The notes beneath the pieces are model-generated. The model made no database searches. It was not told the origin of the DNA and was given only the letters and a program-made list of their open reading frames with translations. From positions 901,850-965,849 of the forward strand of contig OZ241993.1 in the NCBI GenBank assembly GCA_965204575.1: a DNA stretch of 64,000 bases, written 5' to 3'. Origin of the DNA: an uncultured candidatus Porisulfidus sp. (lineage in GTDB: Bacteria > Pseudomonadota > Gammaproteobacteria > Poriferisulfidales > Poriferisulfidaceae). Shown here one piece after another: positions 30,782-41,188 of this stretch (position 1 is the stretch's first letter; the number at the start of each line of letters is the position of its first letter). The position numbers and the translations under genes are program-made.

Positions 30782-32061
30782 TCAGGACGAACCCATCCGG
30801 CTTTTCAGCCTCTCCGCCTCTTCGCGTTCTTGCTCCGTCCCCTCGGCCAGCACCAGCCGGATCAGGGGGCGCGCCCGGTCGTATTCGTTCGCCTCGACGT
30901 GCGCGTGTGCCAAGTCCAGCGCGGAAGTGGCGCGCCGGGCAGGATCCTCGATGTCGCCCACGCTCTCTCGAATGATCCGGGCCTGACGGGTGCGGCTCAG
31001 GGTCAATGCGAACAGATAGGTCAAGAGCAGAATCCCCGCAGCGGTGAGAATTCCGGGCCACGGGAGGTCGGCTGCGACCTTCGCCGCGGTTCCTTCACCA
31101 CCTGGCCCGTCCGCCAGTGGCACCAGGACTTTGGCCTCGATCTCCGCCATTGCCAGTGGCGCTTCGGTCTTTTCGGCCTCAGGTTCCGCTGGAGAGGCCT
31201 CGTCCGGTTCGATTTGCTCCGGTGCGGCCGGTTGGGCGGCGGTGGTCCCGGGTTCGGCTGGCTCGGCTTTCATCGGCTCAAGTGCGGACGGCTCTGCCGG
31301 ATCCGGTTCAGGCGCGCTTGATTCGGGCGTTGCGGACTCGGCCTGCGTCTCAAGCGGCACAAGCTGCAGCCGCCGTTCCTGCAGGGTTGGGCTTTCGCGC
31401 AGGTCCGTCCCCTCCCGCCGCCACTTCCGCCACTGTTCGTTCTGGAACTGGATCTCGTCGATCAACCACTGGCGGGACAGGTTCAGGCGCGCGATCTCGG
31501 CCTGGCTCGGAATGTACAGCCGGGCACCCGCCCGGATCAGGTTGATGTTGTCGTGGATGAAGGCGCCACGGTTGTACAGCTGGATTGCCAGCATCAGGGT
31601 GTAGGCGTCGACTTCCCGGGAGCGGGCCTGCTCCAGCGCGATCTCGAGCAGCGTGTCTCCCCAAACCACCTCGCGCGTCGTGCCGGTCGGGGCACACGGC
31701 GGCAGGTTCAGGGTGTGGAACGTGGGGGGGTCGTACCCTTCTCCGAGGACCAGCACCAGGTCGTTGGAGTGGGAAGGAAGCGGTTTCTCGCTGCGCACCT
31801 GGATCCGGTGCTCGCCGTTCTCCCGGACCCGTTCCAGCTGCGCCGAACCGACCCAGGAAGGATAGGTTTTCTGGAGTTTCCGGTAGGTCGGCGGGGCTGC
31901 GACCTCGACGCGCAGTTGCTCCGGGTCGACCCCGGATTCCGTCGCCAGGCGAAGTGTCAGCAGGGCGGAGCAGTCCGGCTCGAAGTGGATTTCGGGCTGG
32001 CCCACCTCCAACGCCTGGGCCGGGGCGGCCAGGGCGGCCGCAATGAACAAAAACCGCGCGT

Positions 32062-32065
<4 letters not shown>
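30782..32065 (-). CDS. fimV: FimV/HubP-family protein (short form: signal peptide, FimV N-domain/LysM-like, Pro/Glu/Ala-rich linker, TM, TPR-like C-terminus)
   Basis: Proposed GTG start (VNARFLFIAAALAAPAQA signal peptide) overlaps the asd stop as GTGA. The track ORF start at 32149 would overlap asd by 88 nt. GDTLLEIALEQ ... YTLMLAIQLYNRGAFIHDNINLIRAGARLYIPS is the FimV N-terminal motif. Synteny asd-fimV-truA as in Pseudomonas. Confidence 0.55.
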
Positions 32066-33080
<1,015 letters not shown>

Positions 33081-33084
<4 letters not shown>

Positions 33085-34163
33085 GAGCCGAGGCGCCCCT
33101 CAAGCGCGCCGACCACCGCATCCCCCATCTGCGCCGTCCCGACGGCTTCGCCGCCGCCTGCGAGGTCGGCGGTCCGCAGTCCCTGTTCCAGCACGTCCCG
33201 CACGGCGCCTTCCACCGCGTCAGCGGCATCGGCCCGCTGCAGGGAATAGCGGAGCATCATGCCGACCGACAGGATCATCGCGAGCGGGTTGGCCTGGCCG
33301 GTGCCGGCCAGGTCGGGAGCCGAGCCGTGCACCGGTTCGTAGAGGCCTTGGCGCTTCTCGTTCAGGGATGCCGAGGGCAGCAGCCCGATCGACCCGGTCA
33401 GCTGGGCGGCAATGTCGGACAGGATGTCGCCGAACAGGTTGCCGGTCACCATCACGTCGAACCGGGTGGGTTCGGCGATCAGCTGCATGGCGGCATTGTC
33501 CACGTACAGGTGCGACAGTTCGACGTCGGGGTACTCTCGTGCGATTTCGCCGACCACGGTCCGCCACAACTCCGAGACTTCAAGCACGTTCGCCTTGTCC
33601 ACGGAGCAGACCCTCCGACTCCGCAGCTGGGCGGCCTGAAAGGCGCTGCGGGCGACACGCGAGATTTCATCCTCATCATAGACCATGGTGTTGACGCCGC
33701 GCCTGCGGCCGTCGTGCTCGGCCAGTGCGCGCGGTTCGCCGAAATAAAGCCCGCCGGTCAATTCGCGCACGATCAGGAGATCCAGCCCTTCCAGTTTTTC
33801 GGGCTTGAGGCTCGAGGCATGCGCCATGCCGGGCATCAGCGTCGCAGGGCGCAGGTTGGCGTACAGTCCCAGTCCCTTGCGCAGCCTGAGCAGGCCGGTC
33901 TCGGGGCGCAGCGCGCGGTCGGGAGTGTCGTAACGGGGCGCACCGACCGCCGCCAGCAGTACGGCGTCGGCATCGCGGGCAGCCTGCAGGGTGCTGGCCG
34001 GCAGGGGATCGCCCTGCGCATCGACCGCCGCCCCCCCGACCAGGGCTTCGTCCAGCTCCAGTTCGAGGCCGGCGTCGCGAACCAGGCAGTCGAGTACCTT
34101 GCGGGCCTCGGCCGTGATCTCCGGGCCGATGCCGTCGCCGGGCAGGATCAGGACGCGCGACAT
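33081..34163 (-). CDS. leuB: 3-isopropylmalate dehydrogenase
   Basis: 360 aa. [13 protein letters not shown] ... NLFGDILSD. Confidence 0.9.
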
Positions 34164-34816
34164 TACGGGTTGCCGAAGCGGTCGAACAGCCAGGGGGCGT
34201 GCGCCCGCCGTGCCGCTTCGAATTCGCGGATCCGGTCCGAGTGATGCAGGGTCAGCGCGATGTCGTCGAGCCCTTCGACCAGGCAGCGCTTGCGCTGCGG
34301 ATCGATGTCGAACGACCAGGTCGCACCGGAATCCGCCGTCACCGTCTGTTCCGGCAGGTCGATGTCCAGCCGGTAGCCTTCGGTTTGTTCGACCTCCTCG
34401 ACGAGCGTGCGCACGGCATCCTCCGGCAGCCGGATGGTCAGCAGGCCGTTTTTGGCGGCGTTGGTGTCGAAGATGTCCGCGAAACTCGGCGCGATGACGA
34501 CCCGGAAACCGGCGTCCAGGAACGCCCAGACCGCGTGTTCGCGCGAGGAACCGCAGCCGAAGTTGGCGCCGGTGACCAAAATGGAAGCCTCCCGGTAGCG
34601 GGACTGGTTCAGCACGAAATCCGGGTTGCGCGGGCGCCGGGAGTGGTCGCTCTCCAGGTCGCCGGGCGCCAGGTAGCGCCAGCTGTCGAACAGGTTCGGC
34701 CCGAACCCGGTCCGCTTGACCGACTTCAGGTACTGCTTGGGGATGATCACGTCGGTGTCGATGTTGCTCCGGTCAAGCGGCGCGACGATCCCGCGGTGGC
34801 GGACGAAAGGGGTCAT
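34163..34816 (-). CDS. leuD: 3-isopropylmalate dehydratase small subunit
   Basis: Start [28 protein letters not shown]. The track ORF 34163..35014 is an upstream extension. ATGA overlap with the leuC stop. Confidence 0.85.
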   Translation of the reverse strand: MTPFVRHRGIVAPLDRSNIDTDVIIPKQYLKSVKRTGFGPNLFDSWRYLAPGDLESDHSRRPRNPDFVLNQSRYREASILVTGANFGCGSSREHAVWAFLDAGFRVVIAPSFADIFDTNAAKNGLLTIRLPEDAVRTLVEEVEQTEGYRLDIDLPEQTVTADSGATWSFDIDPQRKRCLVEGLDDIALTLHHSDRIREFEAARRAHAPWLFDRFGNP

Positions 34817-36222
34817 GCCAGGTATTCCCGCACGTCGACGAAATGCCCGGCGCAGGCGGCCGCGGCAGCCATCGCCGGGCTGACCAGGTGGGTGCGCCCG
34901 CCCTCGCCCTGGCGGCCCTCGAAGTTGCGGTTGGAGGTGGCGGCGCAGCGCTCGCCGGGCTCCAGCCGGTCGGCGTTCATGGCCAGGCACATCGAACAGC
35001 CCGGTTCCCGCCATTCGAAGCCGGCCTCGGTAAAGATCCGGTCCAGCCCTTCCGATTCGGCCTGCGCCTTGACCCGCCCGGAGCCGGGGACGACCAGGGC
35101 TTGGCGGATATTGTCCGCGCAGTGCCGCCCGCGGACGACCGCGGCGGCTTCGCGCAGGTCCTCGATGCGGGCGTTGGTACAGGAACCGATAAAAATTCGA
35201 TCCAGTTCAAGGCCGGTGACCGTTTCGCCGCCTTCCAGGCCCATGTAGTTCAGTGCGGCCTTCATGTCGTCGGCACGCGCAGAGTCTTCCGCCTCCTCGG
35301 GGCGGGGCACGGTCGCACCGACCGGCACGACCATCTCCGGCGACGTGCCCCAGGTGACCTGGGGAGCCAGCTCGCCGGCCTGCAGCACCACGGCACGCTC
35401 GAACACGGCATCGCCGTCCGAGCGCAGTTCGCGCCACCGCCGTTCGGCCTCTTCCCAGGCGGCGCCTTCGGGCGCATAGGTCCGCCCGCGAACGTATTCG
35501 AGGGTGACGTCGTCGACCGCGACCAGGCCGGAACGCGCGCCGGCCTCGATCGCCATGTTGCACAGGGTCATGCGGGACTCCATGCTCATGGCTTCCACCG
35601 CCTGTCCGGCGAATTCGATGGCGCAGCCGGTGCCGCCTGCCGCGCCGATGCTGCCGATCAGGGCGAGCGCCAGGTCCTTGGCGCCGACGCCGGGCGCGGC
35701 GCGGCCCTCGAGGCGCACCAGCATGTTGGCCGGCTTGCGCACCGGCAGGCACTGGGTGGCCAGGACGTGCTCCACCTGCGAGGTGCCGATGCCGAACGCC
35801 AGCGTTGCCAGCGCACCGTGCGTGGAGGTGTGCGAGTCGCCGCAGACGACGGTCATGCCGGGCAGGGTGATGCCCTGCTCCGGGCCGATCACGTGCACGA
35901 TGCCTTGGCGCGGGTCCCCCATCGGGAATTCCAGCAGGCCGTACTCGGCGCAGTTGGCGTCCAGGACCTCGACCTGGTGGCGCGAGACCGCATCGGGGAT
36001 CTCCTCGAGATCCGGCTCGGTCGGAACGTTATGGTCGGCCACCGCAACGATGCTGTCGGGTCGCCAGGGCGCACGGCCAGCCAGGCGCAGGCCCTCGAAG
36101 GCCTGCGGCGAAGTGACTTCGTGGACCAGCTGGCAGTCGATGTACAGCAGGGTGGTGCCGTCTTCGGCCGTCTGCACCGCGTGCTCGTCCCAAAGTTTGT
36201 CGTACAGGGTACGCCCGGACAT
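34813..36222 (-). CDS. leuC: 3-isopropylmalate dehydratase large subunit
   Basis: 469 aa. Aconitase-family motifs, DSHT ... GIGTSQ ... CNMAIE. Confidence 0.9.
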   Translation of the reverse strand: MSGRTLYDKLWDEHAVQTAEDGTTLLYIDCQLVHEVTSPQAFEGLRLAGRAPWRPDSIVAVADHNVPTEPDLEEIPDAVSRHQVEVLDANCAEYGLLEFPMGDPRQGIVHVIGPEQGITLPGMTVVCGDSHTSTHGALATLAFGIGTSQVEHVLATQCLPVRKPANMLVRLEGRAAPGVGAKDLALALIGSIGAAGGTGCAIEFAGQAVEAMSMESRMTLCNMAIEAGARSGLVAVDDVTLEYVRGRTYAPEGAAWEEAERRWRELRSDGDAVFERAVVLQAGELAPQVTWGTSPEMVVPVGATVPRPEEAEDSARADDMKAALNYMGLEGGETVTGLELDRIFIGSCTNARIEDLREAAAVVRGRHCADNIRQALVVPGSGRVKAQAESEGLDRIFTEAGFEWREPGCSMCLAMNADRLEPGERCAATSNRNFEGRQGEGGRTHLVSPAMAAAAACAGHFVDVREYLA

Positions 36223-36343
36223 GGTCTGTTTTTCGCTCCGCGCCTAATGCACGGCGATTATAGAGGACGGAGGGGGTTTAAGGGGTGTTTTTGGTGTGTG
36301 GTGTGGCGACCCGAAACGCCGCTTTTTTCGCCATTATTCTTCC

Positions 36344-36610
36344 TTACCGGTAAATTTCGCGCCGGTTGCCCACCTGCACGACGAGTACGCGCAAAGTGTC
36401 GTCCTGAATGTCGCAAATCACCCGGCAATCGCCCACCCGGTAACGCCAGAAATTGCCAAGCGGGCCGGTCAATGCCTTACCCGTGCTACGTGGATTTTCC
36501 AATCCAGCAATGCGTCTGTCCATGAAATCGACGATGCGCCGTGCCGTCTGCTTGTCGAGCTTGCGGAGCTGCCTTTTAGCCGTATCGGCGTAATCAATCG
36601 TCCAAGCCAA
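36344..36610 (-). CDS. type II toxin, RelE/ParE family
   Basis: 88 aa. Small basic protein with the RelE/ParE-like topology. Overlaps the upstream antitoxin gene by 17 nt. Confidence 0.65.
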   Translation of the reverse strand: MAWTIDYADTAKRQLRKLDKQTARRIVDFMDRRIAGLENPRSTGKALTGPLGNFWRYRVGDCRVICDIQDDTLRVLVVQVGNRREIYR

Positions 36611-36821
36611 GGTCCTTCCTTACGTCAGCCGCCGAATGCACCTGTTCCTGTCCCTTGCGGATACGTTCCAACACGTCAGCGGCAAGGTAGTAGTCCTCCA
36701 TCTCCTCAATGCCATGCTCGATGATTTCCCGCAGGTAGTAAGCCTTGGTGCGTCCGGTTTGCGAGGCGAGGTAGTCAAGCCTTTGCTCTGTTTCCGGGTT
36801 TAGGCGAATAGAAGTCGCCAT
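36594..36821 (-). CDS. type II antitoxin (RHH, RelB/ParD-like)
   Basis: Start at MATSIRLNPETEQRLDYLA ... The ribbon-helix-helix N-terminus matches RelB/ParD. The track ORF begins 27 nt further upstream. Confidence 0.55.
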   Translation of the reverse strand: MATSIRLNPETEQRLDYLASQTGRTKAYYLREIIEHGIEEMEDYYLAADVLERIRKGQEQVHSAADVRKDLGLDD

Positions 36822-36946
36822 GTCGCAGTCCCTCTCTTCAAGATTCAATACATGTATTCATTATATCACAAAATCGTCGCGAAAGGCTTCGGCCGAACTG
36901 GCAATGGAACATAAAAGAGGTTTGAATCATATATTTATATGCTTTC

Positions 36947-37624
36947 TCATGTGGTTGCGTGTGGATCGAACCGGGCTTGGGCATCGGTTAGGCGTTCGAC
37001 GGTCCCGACATCCACCCACCGTCCACGAAAATGCTCGCCGCTCACTTGCCCGCCGCGGATGGCGGCCTGCAGCAGGGGCGCCAGCGGGAAACGTCCGGAT
37101 TCGCACGCATCGAACAGGCGAGGGCGATAGAAGCCGATCCCGGCGAACGTCAGGCGAGTTCCGGGTTGTTCCCGGACGCGGCCATCCTCGTAGTGGAAAT
37201 CTCCTTCAGGGTGGTGTGCCGGGTTGTCGACCATAACCAGGTGCACATCGTCGCCGTTGGCCAACGGCGGGGCGGAGAATCGGTAGTTGGTGCAGACGTC
37301 CGCATTGACGACCCAGAACGGGTTCGGCCCCAGCAGCGGGAGTGCCTGATGGATGCCGCCGCCGGTCTCCAGCGGGGGAGAGGGTTCGGGGGAGTAGAGG
37401 ATGCGGACGCCGAATTCCTCCCCGTCTCCCAAGGCGTCGCGAATCTGTTCCCCCAGGTGCGACAGGTTGATGACCACGTCTTCGATCCCGACCTCCCGCA
37501 GGGCTCGAAGGTGGCGCACGATCAGGGGTTCGCCGGCGACTTCCAAAAGCGCTTTCGGCGTAGTGTCGGTCAAAGGTCGCAGGCGCTCCCCGCGCCCGGC
37601 CGACAAAATCATGGCCGCGGGCAT
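36947..37624 (-). CDS. murU: N-acetylmuramate alpha-1-phosphate uridylyltransferase
   Basis: 225 aa. AMILSAGRGERLRPLTDTTPKAL NTP-transferase motif. Paired with amgK as in Pseudomonas. Confidence 0.8.
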   Translation of the reverse strand: MPAAMILSAGRGERLRPLTDTTPKALLEVAGEPLIVRHLRALREVGIEDVVINLSHLGEQIRDALGDGEEFGVRILYSPEPSPPLETGGGIHQALPLLGPNPFWVVNADVCTNYRFSAPPLANGDDVHLVMVDNPAHHPEGDFHYEDGRVREQPGTRLTFAGIGFYRPRLFDACESGRFPLAPLLQAAIRGGQVSGEHFRGRWVDVGTVERLTDAQARFDPHATT

Positions 37625-37625
37625 G

Positions 37626-38600
37626 TCAGGGCTCCGGCAGCCGTGCCACCAGTTCCGCCAAGGGTTGCAGGGGCGGGTAGTTCGAGCAGACGTCCTGAAC
37701 GTAGCCCAGGACGCGGGGCACGTCCAGCATGAAATAAGGCTTGCCGTCCCGGTGGCACAGCCGGGCGAAGATGCCGACTGCTTTCAGGTGGCGTTGCACC
37801 CCCATCCAGTCGAACCATTCCAGGAAGAGCCCGGAATCTACATTTTCATCGAGGATGCCTTGCTGCCGGGCACGCTGCCGGTACTGTTCCACCCAGCCCC
37901 GGACCCGCTCGTCGGGCCAGGCGATGTAGCAGTCCCGAAGCAGGGAGACCAGGTCGTAGGTGACGGGCCCCCACATCGCGTCCTGGTGGTCGATGATGCC
38001 GGGGTTGGGTTCGGTCACCATCAGGTTCCGCGAGTGGTAGTCGCGGTGGACCACCACGCACGGTTGCTCCAGGGCGCGGTCGACCAGCAACTGCCAGGCC
38101 GTCTCGATCATGAGCCGGTCCTCAGGGCTTAATTCCCAGCTGAGGTGACGGCCGAGATACCAATCGGTGAACCGGTCGAGTTCCAGGCGCAGCTGTTTCG
38201 CGTCGTATGGCGGCAGCGGGCCGCGCGGCAGCGCCTGGATGCGCAATAAGGCATCAAGGGCATCGCCGTACAGTGCGTCCGCCGATTCCTCGTTCAGGTG
38301 CGGCAGGTACTGTTCGTCCCCGAGGTCCTCGATCAGCAGGAAGCCGTCCGCGTGGTTTTCCGCCTGGATCTCCGGGGCATGCACGCCTGCTTTCCGCAGG
38401 TGCGCGTTGGCGGTAAGGAAAGGCTCCAGCGGTTCGTGTTCCGGCGGGGCGTCCATTGCAATCCGGGTGGGATTCACGCCGTGCACGCGGAAATAGCGGC
38501 GAAAGCTGGCATCGCCCGCCACTTGGCGGAGTTCCAGTTCCGCATCCTGCAGGGTATGGCGCACCCAGTCCCGCAGCTGTTCCTGTCTTGAATCCGTCAC
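37626..38600 (-). CDS. amgK: N-acetylmuramate/N-acetylglucosamine anomeric kinase
   Basis: 324 aa. APH-like kinase fold (DASFRRYFRV ... HRDYHSRNLM ... DHQD). Confidence 0.8.
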   Translation of the reverse strand: MTDSRQEQLRDWVRHTLQDAELELRQVAGDASFRRYFRVHGVNPTRIAMDAPPEHEPLEPFLTANAHLRKAGVHAPEIQAENHADGFLLIEDLGDEQYLPHLNEESADALYGDALDALLRIQALPRGPLPPYDAKQLRLELDRFTDWYLGRHLSWELSPEDRLMIETAWQLLVDRALEQPCVVVHRDYHSRNLMVTEPNPGIIDHQDAMWGPVTYDLVSLLRDCYIAWPDERVRGWVEQYRQRARQQGILDENVDSGLFLEWFDWMGVQRHLKAVGIFARLCHRDGKPYFMLDVPRVLGYVQDVCSNYPPLQPLAELVARLPEP

Positions 38601-38622
38601 GATTTCCCGAAGCCGACAATCC

Positions 38623-39054
38623 TCAATATTGCGCCGCTGCGTAATCGGCCAGCGTCACAACCAGCCTGCCGTGTTCGGTCGGCTCCAGCCTGTCGGCAAA
38701 CCTGCCGTCCTCCGTCACTACGGTCGCCCCTATGCGTTGAGCCAGTGCGAGGTACATGCAGTCGTAGGCGGGATGCTCCAACGCCAGCGCGAGGCGAAGC
38801 GCGTCCGCGCAAATCGTCTCATCGGCGCTCCAGAGAACGGGCATTTCCGGCATTGCGAGCAACAGGGCGCCTGCTTCGTTCCGCGTGATTTCGCCGCGGC
38901 GGGTCTTGTTCCACAACGCATTGGCAACTTCTGATGCCATCAACCGCGGAGCATGGATCTCGTCATTGCCCTCCAGAAGCTTCCGCGCCATGTCCGAGCG
39001 GTCCTCGTCGACCAGCCATTTGGTCGCCACACTGGCGTCGACGACTAAACGCAT
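38623..39054 (-). CDS. vapC: PIN-domain ribonuclease toxin VapC
   Basis: 143 aa. MRLVVDASV ... acidic PIN residues (D6, E, D). ATGA overlap with the upstream antitoxin. Confidence 0.75.
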   Translation of the reverse strand: MRLVVDASVATKWLVDEDRSDMARKLLEGNDEIHAPRLMASEVANALWNKTRRGEITRNEAGALLLAMPEMPVLWSADETICADALRLALALEHPAYDCMYLALAQRIGATVVTEDGRFADRLEPTEHGRLVVTLADYAAAQY

Positions 39055-39311
39055 CAGGAATCACGGTGGCCGTGGTCGCGGTCTTCGCGAATGATCTCCT
39101 CTGCCGGCGTATGCGTACGCCCCCGGGTCATCTGCCGCAGCCGGTCCGACAGCGCAAGGAACGAGGCGCGTTTCACCACCATGTCGTCTTCAATGGCGTT
39201 TTCGAGAATGTGGCGGGCTTCGCCCTCTAGGGAGCGATGGTTCAGGGAGGCCCGCCGCTTGAGGCGCTCGACCACGCCCTCTTCGAGCCTCCGTACGTTA
39301 ATCGTGGGCAT
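39054..39311 (-). CDS. vapB: VapB-type antitoxin (FitA/Arc-like RHH)
   Basis: 85 aa. INVRRLEEGVVERLKRRASLNHRSLEGEARHIL is the FitA/StbC-like RHH. Confidence 0.6.
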   Translation of the reverse strand: MPTINVRRLEEGVVERLKRRASLNHRSLEGEARHILENAIEDDMVVKRASFLALSDRLRQMTRGRTHTPAEEIIREDRDHGHRDS

Positions 39312-39429
39312 TGTTCCGCTCCTTCATCTATCAAAATGATAGCACATGGGGGAGAAACCAGGCAACGGAAATCGCCCAAGAGAAGCACTGTCATACTGGG
39401 ATAGGCCGGTTATGTATCGGTCATCTCAA

Positions 39430-39721
39430 GATTGGAGATCTATTTGTCGCACTCGCACCGGTAGGGGTACGTCTGGACCGTCAGATCAACCCCTTGCTTT
39501 ATACCGCAGAAGAATATGACTCTCGCCGGTCGGCCAAAACCTGTTTTTGTCTCGTGTGTTTGCCGGTGAATACTTGGTTCTTATTGGAGACGAAAATGAC
39601 GCACCCGAAACTCGATAACCTGGTTCACATCGGGCAACTCAAGGCAAGTTGGCTACGGCTGCCGAAAGAGTCGGGTCTTACTGGAGGATGCTTTCTTCTG
39701 TGGACAATCGCTACCCGGTGA
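39430..39721 (+). pseudogene. decayed partial duplicate of the MNT 3' end / HEPN 5' end junction
   Basis: DNA 39550-39650 (ttgtctcgtgtgtttgccggtgaatacttggttcttattggagacgaaaATGacgcacccgaaactcgataacctggttcacatcgggcaactcaagg) is clearly homologous to 40600-40700 (ctgtcccgtgtgttcgctggcgaatgcctggtccttatcggcgaagaagATGgcgcacccgcaacttgacaacttggtgaaaatcggccgcctcaagg). Protein LDRQINPLLYTAEEYDSRRS ~ LDRKISPALYTVQEFTARRS. Truncated by higA. Confidence 0.55.
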
Positions 39722-40001
39722 GTTGCGGCTGATATCGTTCGACGCGAATTCGGTCTTCGTCCTTGCGAGCTTGGGCAAGGTTCCAAGCCGTTTGTCGGCG
39801 TAGCCAGAACTCGGCACTGGACCAGCCCGCCTTCTCCAGGCGAATAGCCATTTCTGGAGAAATCGCCGCGTGCCCGTTGAGGACTCGCGAGAGAGTGTGA
39901 CGGGCGACGCCCAGAGTCCGTGCCGCTCCGGTCACGCTCAAGCCGAGCGGTTCCAGGCAGTTCTCCCGGATGCTGCGTCCTGGATGTGGCGGATTGTTCA
40001 T
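39711..40001 (-). CDS. higA: HigA-family antitoxin (HTH-XRE), apparently orphan
   Basis: [70 protein letters not shown] matches the HigA consensus. There is no HigB-sized ORF in the 40 nt before the next gene. Confidence 0.7.
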   Translation of the reverse strand: MNNPPHPGRSIRENCLEPLGLSVTGAARTLGVARHTLSRVLNGHAAISPEMAIRLEKAGWSSAEFWLRRQTAWNLAQARKDEDRIRVERYQPQLTG

Positions 40002-40065
40002 TGCCATGCCGTTGCGAAGCTCCACGTGATCTTATTATTATATGTTACCTAAATAAGGCACTATA

Positions 40066-40674
40066 ATGCCCATTATGGGTATATCCACTAGTCTCGCTGG
40101 CGCACTGTTCACCAAGACCCAGCAGAAAGTTCTGGCCCTGCTTTTTGGCCAGCCGGACCGTAGCTTTTATACCAAGGAACTGATCGGACTGACTGGCTCC
40201 GGCTCTGGGGCAGTGCAGCGCGAATTGAAACGCTTGACCTCCAGTGGCTTGGTTAGGATGACCCCGGTCGGGGCGCAGAAGCATTATCAGGCCAACCCCG
40301 ATTGCCCCGTGTATCACGAACTCGTCAGCGTCATGCGAAAGACGGTTGCGGTGGCAGAACCGATCCGGCAGGCACTAAACCCAGTCGCTGACCGCATCAG
40401 GCTGGCCATGGTCTACGGCTCTGTCGCACAGGGCACGGATACGGCGGAAAGCGACATTGACCTGCTTGTCATTGCTGACGACCTGATGCTAGAGGAACTC
40501 TATGCCACGCTTGCGCCGGTAGAGGCACGCTTGGACCGCAAGATCAGTCCTGCACTCTATACGGTACAGGAGTTCACTGCCCGCCGATCGTCCGGGAACC
40601 CATTCCTGTCCCGTGTGTTCGCTGGCGAATGCCTGGTCCTTATCGGCGAAGAAGATGGCGCACCCGCAACTTGA
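40066..40674 (+). CDS. minimal nucleotidyltransferase (MNT) antitoxin with N-terminal wHTH
   Basis: 202 aa. GSVAQGTDTAESDIDLLV is the GSxxRG ... SDIDL NTase signature. Stop overlaps the HEPN start. Confidence 0.7.
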   Translation: MPIMGISTSLAGALFTKTQQKVLALLFGQPDRSFYTKELIGLTGSGSGAVQRELKRLTSSGLVRMTPVGAQKHYQANPDCPVYHELVSVMRKTVAVAEPIRQALNPVADRIRLAMVYGSVAQGTDTAESDIDLLVIADDLMLEELYATLAPVEARLDRKISPALYTVQEFTARRSSGNPFLSRVFAGECLVLIGEEDGAPAT

Positions 40675-41077
40675 CAACTTGGTGAAAATCGGCCGCCTCA
40701 AGGTCGAGTCGGCCACTACGGAGGAAATCGAGGGCCTGCTGCGATCAGGTCAGCGCCGCCTTGACGACGCTCAGCGACGGGAGCTCAGCTTGGAAAGCCG
40801 CTTCGACCTTGGTTACAACGCAGCTCACGCGATTGCGCTTTCGGCCTTGCGAGCCCACGGCTACCGCTCCGATTCGCGCTATCTGGTTTTTCAGTGTCTG
40901 CAACATACGGTTGACCTGCCTGCGGAACAGTGGCGGGTGCTGGATCATGCTCACCGCAAGCGGAACTTGACTGAATACGAAGGTGCAACGGATGTGGACG
41001 AACAACTCCTCAACGCATTGCTAAGGGTGGCGCAAAAAGTCGCTGCGCGCGTGAGTCGCTTGTTGGTGCAACGGTGA
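40655..41077 (+). CDS. HEPN-like toxin partner of the MNT
   Basis: Start at MAHPQLDNL (a 20-nt overlap with the MNT gene). Helical protein with the H-x-H-R-K-R-N-x-T-E-Y segment in the usual Rx4-6H position. Confidence 0.5.
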   Translation: MAHPQLDNLVKIGRLKVESATTEEIEGLLRSGQRRLDDAQRRELSLESRFDLGYNAAHAIALSALRAHGYRSDSRYLVFQCLQHTVDLPAEQWRVLDHAHRKRNLTEYEGATDVDEQLLNALLRVAQKVAARVSRLLVQR

Positions 41078-41188
41078 AGAAAGAATGGGCTCTGGAAGTT
41101 TGGATGGAGTATAGTGGCGCTTTCCAAGTGATGGCCTTTCCGGTTTTCGCGACAACCCGGTAAAGACTGCCTGATCTCGTCTGGAACG

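Noticed and set aside
36223-36343. GGCG-acccgaaa-CGCC + T6 hairpin read as a terminator
   Set aside because: It is only terminator-like in the + orientation, but both flanking genes (leuC, relE) are on the - strand, so it is upstream of leuC rather than downstream of anything. A 4-bp stem is too weak to call.
39311-39721. 136-aa ORF called as an intact gene
   Set aside because: Its content is a fused, out-of-context remnant of the MNT 3' end and HEPN 5' end that are intact 1 kb downstream. It is treated as a pseudogene.
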